This document shows, one piece after another, positions 1-5,619 of a DNA stretch of 24,000 nucleotides. Position 1 is the first letter of the stretch, and each line of letters opens with the position of its first letter. Position numbers and translations under genes: made by a program. The notes under the pieces are model-generated. The model did no database searches, was not told the origin of the DNA, and saw only the letters and a program-made list of their open reading frames with translations. Source of the DNA: an uncultured Gammaproteobacteria bacterium (GTDB taxonomy: Bacteria > Patescibacteriota > Patescibacteriia > Veblenbacterales > UBA10138); NCBI GenBank assembly GCA_964567515.1, contig CAZMMW010000001.1:2876-26875 (forward strand), read 5' to 3'.

Positions 1-731
1 TTAGAATTGACATGTCGGAATTCTCCGAAGCTTTTAATATTTCTAAATTAATTGGCGCTCCAGCAGGTTATATAGGTTATAAGGATACTAACAAATTAAC
101 TGACCAGGTTAAAAAAAGACCATCTTCGGTTATATTGTTTGATGAAATTGAAAAAGCTCATCCCGAAGTCTTTAATCTCTTACTACAAATAATGGACGAG
201 GGGCACTTGACCGACGCGACGGGTAAACAAATTAATTTCAAAAATTGTTTAGTTATCATGACTTCTAATCTGGGTATCAAGGAATTAAATCAGCAAGCCT
301 CCATTGGTTTTGAAGCAGAAAAACCAGAGGCTTGGAAAAAATTCTCTCAAAGTTTTACTGCCACTAAAACCACCTTGCTAGAAGAAGTTAAAAAATTCTT
401 CCGTCCTGAATTTTTAAATCGCCTAGATGCCATCTTGGTCTTTAACCCACTATTGGAAAAAGATCTAGAAAAAATAATTAAATTACAATTAGCTGAATTG
501 ACCGCTAGATTAAAAGCACAAAAATTAAAAGTAACTATCAAATTAGCTAAAAATGCCGCCGCCAGTATAGCGCACGCCTGTTGGTCGCCCCAAGAAGGAG
601 CTCGAGGCATTAGACGCTGGGTTCAAGAAAAAGTAGAAAATTATATTTCGGATAAATTACTAATGGGTAGCAAAGAAAAATTTATTGCGGTAACAATTAG
701 TACAAAAGGTAAAGAAATAGTGATAGAGTAA
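1..731 (+). CDS. clpC: Clp/Hsp100 AAA+ chaperone, C-terminal part (ClpC-like); 5' end lies outside the window
   Basis: The frame is open from the window edge (codons from nt 3 read R-I-D-M-S-E-F). It matches the Clp D2 module: 'IDMSEF..LIGAPAGYIGY', 'ILFDEIEKAHPEVFNLLLQIMDEGHLTD', 'MTSNLG' and the D2-small 'GARGIRRWVQ'. An 'IGF' tripeptide (ASIGFEAE) follows MTSNLG where ClpC/ClpA carry the ClpP-docking loop, which ClpB lacks. TAA stop at 729-731. Confidence 0.85.
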   Translation, partial: RIDMSEFSEAFNISKLIGAPAGYIGYKDTNKLTDQVKKRPSSVILFDEIEKAHPEVFNLLLQIMDEGHLTDATGKQINFKNCLVIMTSNLGIKELNQQASIGFEAEKPEAWKKFSQSFTATKTTLLEEVKKFFRPEFLNRLDAILVFNPLLEKDLEKIIKLQLAELTARLKAQKLKVTIKLAKNAAASIAHACWSPQEGARGIRRWVQEKVENYISDKLLMGSKEKFIAVTISTKGKEIVIE

Positions 732-737
732 ATCATT

Positions 738-764
738 GGTTACCTTTTCTAGGAAAAGGTAACC
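738..764. repeat. Perfect 12-bp palindromic hairpin (GGTTACCTTTTC-tag-GAAAAGGTAACC) just after the clpC stop
   Basis: Arms at 738-749 and 753-764 are exact reverse complements. No U-run follows on the + strand, so terminator function is uncertain. The right arm recurs at 1135-1150. Confidence 0.7.
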
Positions 765-1134
765 GAAAAGTCGCCACTCAGACGCTCCGGTTTGAGCAGT
801 GCTCGTCCGGCTCGCGGCTGCCGCTATGCCACAAGGACAAAATACGCGGCAGTTTTTTGCTCACCGTCCTTCCGCTCTGCTAGCAAACCTCCGCGACGGT
901 GGCAGATTTTTATTAAATTAAACACCTGAGCGAGTCAACAAAAAGCCGCGTGTTTCTGGTCGTTTAGCATAGCGGCTTTGTTTGGACTCGCCAAGTGTTT
1001 TAAAAAAGCGTGCCAGGAGAGGGGTTGTTAGGGGTGGAGGGCGGGCTTCGCAACTTTGAGCCCTCCACCCCTAACGGAAAACCAAAAGTGTAATAATTCT
1101 TTCTGCCCTCTATTCTAAAGAAAGAGTGAAATTA
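765..1134. other. GC-rich, highly structured non-coding block (candidate ncRNA or MITE-like insertion) bounded by 16-17 nt direct repeats
   Basis: No ORF on either strand. My hand count gives about 54% G+C over 781-1080, against clearly AT-rich flanks. The flanking direct repeats are TTCTAGGAAAAGGTAAC (747-763) and TTCTAGAAAAGGTAAC (1135-1150). Inside are two inverted copies of a GCCGC..(21-22 nt)..GCGGC unit (820-850 and 945-976, with reverse-complementary loops). There is also a perfect 16-bp hairpin, GTTAGGGGTGGAGGGC (1027-1042) / GCCCTCCACCCCTAAC (1060-1075). Confidence 0.5.
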
Positions 1135-1174
1135 TTCTAGAAAAGGTAACAACTAGTATGTTAAAATTAAAATA

Positions 1175-1402
1175 ATGAGAAAATTGTTTTTTCTGTCAAT
1201 TCTGCTTTTCTTTTTACTGATCGGTAACGCGACCAAAGCCGCTGTTGATCTTGACACTGACAGTGATAGTCTGACCGACAATCAAGAAACTTTAATTTAT
1301 GCCACCGACCCACAAAATCCGGATACTGATGGCGATGGTTATTTAGATGGTGAGGAAGTTAAACATGGTTATTCGCCTCGCTGTGGTGATAGAAAAAATT
1401 AA
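1175..1402 (+). CDS. Secreted protein fragment: signal peptide plus thrombospondin-type-3-like Ca-binding repeats; probable N-terminal part of the downstream L,D-transpeptidase
   Basis: ATG start and a hydrophobic N-terminus (MRKLFFLSILLFFLLIGNATKA). D-x-D-x-D-G repeats are present (DLDTDSDSLTD, NPDTDGDGYLDGEEVKHGYSP). The ORF ends at TAA 1400-1402, directly after an A6 run. Confidence 0.7.
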   Translation: MRKLFFLSILLFFLLIGNATKAAVDLDTDSDSLTDNQETLIYATDPQNPDTDGDGYLDGEEVKHGYSPRCGDRKN

Positions 1403-1446
1403 CCGATGTAGACAATGACAAAGATTATCTACCAGATGCCTGGGAA

Positions 1447-1917
1447 ATGGCACTAGGTACCGGACTGATGAATCCTGATTCTGATGGCAATAAATATTTA
1501 GATGACACCGAGGTGCGGGCTGGTTATTCTTCGCTGAATTCGGATAGAGTAAAATTAGAAAAACTAATTAGTGTAGATTTGGCCAAACAACACTTAACTT
1601 ACTATTTTGGTGGTAAAAAATTAGAAACTTTCCCCATTTCCAACAGTGTCAAAGGTTGGGAAACGCCAACGGGTGAATTTACTATAATCAAAAAATATCC
1701 AGTGAAACATTATGCTGGGCGTGATTTTGATTTTCCTAATACGAAATGGAACCTGCATTTTACTACCAAAAAATATAATTACTATATCCATGGCGCTTAC
1801 TGGCATAACGATTTTGGTAAACCTAAAAACCATGGTTGTATTAATGTCAGCTATCAAAATATAGAACGACTTTATATCTGGGCGCAAGCGGACACTAAGG
1901 TAAAAATCAGCTTTTAA
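1447..1917 (+). CDS. L,D-transpeptidase (YkuD-fold catalytic domain); the frame is already open from nt 1393
   Basis: YkuD signature 'YIHGAYW....KNHGCINV' (catalytic His and Cys) preceded by 'ISVDLAKQHLTYYFGG..FPIS..TPTGEFTI'. The N-terminal part carries another TSP3-like unit (NPDSDGNKYLDDTEVRAGYS). Upstream in the same frame, 1393-1446 reads KKLTDVDNDKDYLPDAWE. Confidence 0.85.
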   Translation: MALGTGLMNPDSDGNKYLDDTEVRAGYSSLNSDRVKLEKLISVDLAKQHLTYYFGGKKLETFPISNSVKGWETPTGEFTIIKKYPVKHYAGRDFDFPNTKWNLHFTTKKYNYYIHGAYWHNDFGKPKNHGCINVSYQNIERLYIWAQADTKVKISF

Positions 1918-1947
1918 AAAATACTGTTATAATGAACAGTATTTTTT
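1916..1947. terminator. Bidirectional intrinsic terminator between the convergent ldt and htrA genes
   Basis: Stem ATACTGTT (1921-1928) / AACAGTAT (1935-1942) with loop ATAATG. It is flanked by A5 (1916-1920) and T5 (1943-1947), so a U-run follows the hairpin on both strands. Confidence 0.6.
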
Positions 1948-1958
1948 AAATAATCAAA

Positions 1959-3278
1959 TTAGCTACTTTCTTTAAATTCTTCTAATTTTACCTGCGCTTC
2001 TTTGTTAGCGCCTTTGTGAAAAATTTTTAATTTAACTGTCTCGCCTGGACTAAATTGAGCCAGTATCCTAACCAAAGAGTGATTTTGATCAACTTTCTGT
2101 CCATTAACTTCTAAGATAATATCGTTTTCTACTAAACCAGCTTTATCGGCTGGGCTGCCAGGTATTACTGCCAACTGATCAGCCGCCGCACCACGGGTAA
2201 TTAAAGCTCCGTAATTAACTTCCAGTTTATTAGTTTTGGCCATCTCCGGTGTTACTAACACATAACGAATACCAAGATAAGGCCTGACGATTTTGCCGTA
2301 TTTAGAAAAACTAGCAATCATGCGCTTAGCTTCATTAACCGGAATAGCAAAACCAATCAACTGTCCGGATTGATTAATAGCTGTGTTAATGCCAATTACT
2401 TGGCCTTCTAAATTAACCAAGGGACCGCCAGAATTTCCCGGATTAATAGCTGCGTCGGTTTGGAAAACACCTTCTAAACTTTCTGATGAGCCACGATTAT
2501 CGCCCGCCACTACATTTCTGCCAATACCGGAAATTACTCCTTTGGTAATAGTATTGCGATACTCACCCAAAGCGTTGCCAATAGCAATCACAGTTTGCCC
2601 TAAAACCACTTGATCAGAATCACCAAAACTAACTTGTGGCAAATCTTTAGATTTAATTTGCACCAACGCCATATCATTTACCGAATCGCGAGCGACTATC
2701 TGCGCTTCATACTTTTTACCGTCATTGGTCAACACGGCATATTCCGCCTCGGTATCCTCCACCACGTGGCGATTAGTTAAAATTAAGCCTTTTTCCTGAT
2801 CAATCACAAAACCAGTACCGCCGCCGATTTCCTGTTTGCCTTGAGGAGTTCGGAAATTGGGAGATTGGTTACCAAAAAAGAACTGAAAAGGAAAATTGGG
2901 GCCAAAGAAATCATTATCAAAAGGGAAAGGACCGGTTTGATTATAAATTTTAGATAAATCTTTAGAGATAATAATGCTCACTACGGCTGGCGCGGCTTTT
3001 TTCACTGCCTCAGTAGTAGCCGATTCCTCTTGCAAAATCACATTGCTTTTTTGCACAACAGTTCCGTTTTTAATTGGTGCTGATGATAAAAAATTACTTT
3101 GTGAAAGGAGATTAAATAAATAATTTTGTGAAAACAAAGATCCTGCTATACCGGCGATAAAAGAAATTATTACTACTACCAGCCAAGTAGCTTGCCAGGG
3201 GGTAGAATGAGCTTTGGAAACTTTTGGTTTGTCAAATTTTTGAGTTAAAGAAATTTTAGAATTATCATCTAATAACAT
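1959..3278 (-). CDS. htrA: HtrA/DegP-family serine protease (S1C trypsin-like domain plus one PDZ), N-terminally membrane anchored
   Basis: Catalytic triad contexts are 'TNRHVV' (His), 'NDMALV' (Asp) and 'GNSGGPL' (Ser). A C-terminal PDZ-like segment is present ('PGSPADKAGLVENDIILEVNGQKV'). N-terminal TM helix 'WLVVVIISFIAGIAGSLF'. ATG at 3276-3278, TAA stop. Confidence 0.9.
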   Translation of the reverse strand: MLLDDNSKISLTQKFDKPKVSKAHSTPWQATWLVVVIISFIAGIAGSLFSQNYLFNLLSQSNFLSSAPIKNGTVVQKSNVILQEESATTEAVKKAAPAVVSIIISKDLSKIYNQTGPFPFDNDFFGPNFPFQFFFGNQSPNFRTPQGKQEIGGGTGFVIDQEKGLILTNRHVVEDTEAEYAVLTNDGKKYEAQIVARDSVNDMALVQIKSKDLPQVSFGDSDQVVLGQTVIAIGNALGEYRNTITKGVISGIGRNVVAGDNRGSSESLEGVFQTDAAINPGNSGGPLVNLEGQVIGINTAINQSGQLIGFAIPVNEAKRMIASFSKYGKIVRPYLGIRYVLVTPEMAKTNKLEVNYGALITRGAAADQLAVIPGSPADKAGLVENDIILEVNGQKVDQNHSLVRILAQFSPGETVKLKIFHKGANKEAQVKLEEFKESS

Positions 3279-3327
3279 AGTTTAATTTATTAATTAATTA
3301 AATTATTTAAGATTTGTGTCTTCTGTT

Positions 3328-3617
3328 ACCCCAAGCCCCCTCATCACCCTAGATTTACCTATCCTCCGTAGTTTTAACGAAGGAGGATTTCGGGGTCTTT
3401 TTTAGATTCTGAATCAAGTTCAGAATGACGGTTGCCTGAGGTTTGATCTCTAGTTGTTCCCGACCACCTTACCTGTCGTTCCGAACTTTTCTCTATTGTT
3501 ATTCCGAACGTCAGCGCCTGCCGACAGGCAGGAGGGAATCTCTGATCCTTTTATTTGTCATCCCCAACCCTCTTTCACCTGTCATTCCGAGCGAAGCGAA
3601 GGAATCTCTGCTTTTTT
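3328..3617. repeat. Cluster of GC-rich hairpin repeats (REP-like family 'ACCTGTC[A/G]TTCCGA[A/G]C ... GGAATCTCTG'), with two terminator-like ends on the + strand
   Basis: Family copies lie at 3471-3486 (half unit), 3498-3544, 3577-3610 and an inverted relative at 3405-3429 (ATTCTGAA-tcaag-TTCAGAAT). A nested hairpin ACCCC(3328-3332)..ATCCTCC(3361-3367)..GGAGGAT(3382-3388)..GGGGT(3392-3396) is followed by T6 (3398-3403). The 3577-3610 copy is followed by T6 (3612-3617). Confidence 0.6.
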
Positions 3618-3690
3618 CTTACCGACATTTAAGATTGCTTTGTCGTCCCGCCTTAAGCAAAACTCCTCACAATAACGTAATCAAGGCTAA

Positions 3691-4011
3691 TTACTTTTTT
3701 AAACTAGGCAGCAAATTAGCATCCTGATATTGCTTGTACAAAGAACTCGGATCTAAATTCCGCATCTGCCCTGCGGTTTGTTTTAAAGAATCGTAGGTTT
3801 GAATCAACTGCTCCAAATATGGCTGAATGGTTAAATAAGACATTACTAATAAACCGATGACGATAACAAATTTGATAAAACGATAAACCCGCTCCATCAT
3901 AAAATGGCGACGAATTTTTTCTACGGTTTTAAAAGTTTCGCGTGTGTATTTAAGATTTTCCTCCAAGAGTTTTTTAATCTCGTCTAGAGAAAAATTGGAT
4001 GATTCGGGCAT
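3691..4011 (-). CDS. Small single-pass membrane protein, function unknown
   Basis: The ORF track starts at 4059, but that codon is TTG. The first ATG is at 4009-4011 (MPESSNFSLDEIKK...), giving 106 aa. One hydrophobic helix (FIKFVIVIGLLVMSYLTI). I recognised no family motif. Confidence 0.55.
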   Translation of the reverse strand: MPESSNFSLDEIKKLLEENLKYTRETFKTVEKIRRHFMMERVYRFIKFVIVIGLLVMSYLTIQPYLEQLIQTYDSLKQTAGQMRNLDPSSLYKQYQDANLLPSLKK

Positions 4012-4037
4012 AAATTTGTAAATTCTAAATTTTAAAA

Positions 4038-4132
4038 AAATCCAAACGTCAAAAACCAAACATCAAATCAATGCCAAATGATTTAATTATATTTGGATTT
4101 TGGATTTGATTTAACATTAGGATTTTGGATTT
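4038..4132. repeat. Array of TTTGGATTT / AAATCCAAA motifs upstream of the 3691-4011 gene
   Basis: GGATTTTGGATTT occurs at 4095-4107 and 4120-4132, a 25-nt period. An inverted AAATCCAAA lies at 4038-4046, with degenerate relatives at 4053-4071. Confidence 0.5.
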
Positions 4133-4178
4133 AAGATTTAAAATAAGAGACTGCTCTATATTATATAATAACGGCCAA

Positions 4179-4649
4179 TTAAGCCAAACTTTTCACTACT
4201 GGCCAAAGTTTATTATTTTCCGATAAAAAATCGTAAACCAAAGTCGTCATTTCAACACGACGTAAATCAATCCATAATATTTTCCAAGACAATCTTTTAG
4301 ACTTGTTGCCAACTATATCATCAAGTAGTGCAGTTACTGCTAATAAATGATGCGCCATTTCTTTTCTATCATCATTGAGATCTTTAAGTAAATCAATAAA
4401 ATCTTTTCTAATTTTTAATTTTTCTAATTCAGAAATTGTTGCTCCGAGTGTCTTTTTGTCTAATTGAATTTGCGTATAGCCATATCTTTCTATAAGTTTT
4501 TCCTTTAGCGCCTGTTCAATCAATTGAATTTTAGCCATAAATACAGCATATTGTTCCAAAAAATTAAATTTTGTAATCCTGTCCAAATTTTTAAAAACTT
4601 GATTTGATAATTCTTTATATGGGATATTACCTCCTGTCATGCCTCGCAT
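4179..4649 (-). CDS. Hypothetical all-helical protein with an Rx4H motif (possible HEPN-like domain)
   Basis: The ATG at 4647-4649 lies 4 nt after the nrdG stop, with AAGGA about 9 nt upstream. 'LKDLNDDRKEMAHHLL' fits the HEPN-type '..R-x4-H' pattern. I recognised no other motif. Confidence 0.6.
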   Translation of the reverse strand: MRGMTGGNIPYKELSNQVFKNLDRITKFNFLEQYAVFMAKIQLIEQALKEKLIERYGYTQIQLDKKTLGATISELEKLKIRKDFIDLLKDLNDDRKEMAHHLLAVTALLDDIVGNKSKRLSWKILWIDLRRVEMTTLVYDFLSENNKLWPVVKSLA

Positions 4650-4653
4650 AAAT

Positions 4654-5361
4654 TTACATCCTTACCCCGCAAAAATCAACAAATGGCACAGCTATCTCTT
4701 GAAATTCTTTCATTTCTTCTTTAGAAAAACTTGCTTTGCTTTGCCAATCGCTATTTAAAATTTTACCTTGTGAAATAAAATTCTGCAAATAGTATTTTTT
4801 AGCGCCTTTGATTAATTGCGCCATGGCTTTAATATCCTCTGCTTTATGAAATTCCGGCGCTACCGTAGTTCTAAACTCATAATCATAATCACCTGCCTGA
4901 TCTATAATCATTCTGATACTTTTTTTGATCTTAGCTAAATCAACTTGCCGATTAATAATTTCCTGATAGCGCTCCTCGGGCGCTTTAATATCCATGGCTA
5001 TATAATCCACTAGTTTTTTGTTAATTAAATTTTGTAACCTTGCCGGATTGGTGCCGTTAGAATCAAGTTTAACCAAAAAGCCCCTGGTTTTAATTTTGGC
5101 AATAAATTCTGGCAGATCCCGATAGAGTGTTGGTTCGCCACCAGTAATACAAACGCCTTCTATTTTATCTTTCCTTTTATCAAGGAATTTAAAAAATTCC
5201 TCTTCACTAATAAATAAATTTTTATTTTTTAGTTTAGCGTCTACTAATTCGGGATTATGACAAAAAGAACAGGCAAAATTGCAACCGTAAGTAAAAACTA
5301 CCGCCGCCACCTTACCAGGATAATCAATTAGGGTTAGTTTTTGTAAACCAGCAATAATCAT
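4654..5361 (-). CDS. nrdG: Anaerobic ribonucleoside-triphosphate reductase activating protein (radical SAM)
   Basis: Radical-SAM cluster motif 'CNFACSFCHN' (CxxxCxxC) near the N-terminus, followed by 'GVCITGGEPTL'. The gene sits directly downstream of nrdD. Confidence 0.9.
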   Translation of the reverse strand: MIIAGLQKLTLIDYPGKVAAVVFTYGCNFACSFCHNPELVDAKLKNKNLFISEEEFFKFLDKRKDKIEGVCITGGEPTLYRDLPEFIAKIKTRGFLVKLDSNGTNPARLQNLINKKLVDYIAMDIKAPEERYQEIINRQVDLAKIKKSIRMIIDQAGDYDYEFRTTVAPEFHKAEDIKAMAQLIKGAKKYYLQNFISQGKILNSDWQSKASFSKEEMKEFQEIAVPFVDFCGVRM

Positions 5362-5442
5362 GTTGCAGATCTGTTTAAGATCCCTCTTCGCTAATTTTAA
5401 CTTACTTAAAAGAAAGTAAATTAGAAAGTAAATTGCGACGAC

Positions 5443-5607
5443 TTAATCAATTTTTTTATTATATTCCATTCGGTCATGGAATTCCGATTGCTTGCCGTCG
5501 TTCCATTGAGAAACCGGGCGAATATACCCTACTATTCGCGAATAAACTTCGCAGGGTTGTCGGGTTGGTAAATTAGGCGTTGCTTGTTTGATTTCCATAC
5601 TTGGCAT
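5443..5607 (-). CDS. Detached C-terminal glycyl-radical segment of NrdD (54 codons)
   Basis: My own translation, as the ORF is below the track's size cutoff: MPSMEIKQATPNLPTRQPCEVYSRIVGYIRPVSQWNDGKQSEFHDRMEYNKKID*. 'SRIVGY' matches the class III RNR glycyl-radical motif (RxxGY) and 'WN.GK..E...R' the conserved tail. It is in the same frame as nrdD, separated by TAA (5620-5622) plus 4 codons. Confidence 0.7.
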   Translation of the reverse strand: MPSMEIKQATPNLPTRQPCEVYSRIVGYIRPVSQWNDGKQSEFHDRMEYNKKID

Positions 5608-5619
5608 ATTTCTTATATT

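Noticed and set aside
347-610. Antisense or alternate-frame ORFs inside well-supported genes
   Set aside because: This covers 347-610, 1621-1887, 2383-2613, 7059-7376, 8907-9293, 10075-10386, 13936-14190 and the many + strand ORFs within 14900-23460. Each is nested in a gene with strong family motifs on the other strand or frame. Their products are low-complexity with no recognisable motifs, and they are most simply explained as chance open frames.
776-1080. Known housekeeping ncRNA (RNase P RNA, tmRNA, SRP/4.5S or 6S RNA) in the GC-rich block
   Set aside because: Several hallmark motifs are absent: the RNase P 'GGAAAGTCCGG' core, the tmRNA tRNA-like 3' end (..TCCACCA context), and an SRP domain IV GNRA-capped 'GGAAGCAGC' helix. 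Only vague resemblance was seen ('TCCGGTTTGAGCAG'). The question is left open for a covariance-model search.
3400-3620. CRISPR array
   Set aside because: The repeats differ in length and sequence, occur in both orientations, and lack regular spacing. No cas genes are present.
3443-3727. + strand ORFs 3443-3727 and 3454-3675 (94 and 73 aa)
   Set aside because: They overlap each other in two frames, lie entirely within the hairpin-repeat cluster, and encode low-complexity peptides (e.g. '..VIPSEAKESL..'). Such peptides are the typical artefactual translation of GC-rich palindromic repeats.
4012-4059. Longer 122-aa version of the small membrane protein, starting at 4059
   Set aside because: That start codon is TTG and adds an odd hydrophobic leader (MVFDVWIFLKFRIYKF) overlapping the motif array. 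The ATG at 4011 gives a more conventional start, so it is the version annotated.
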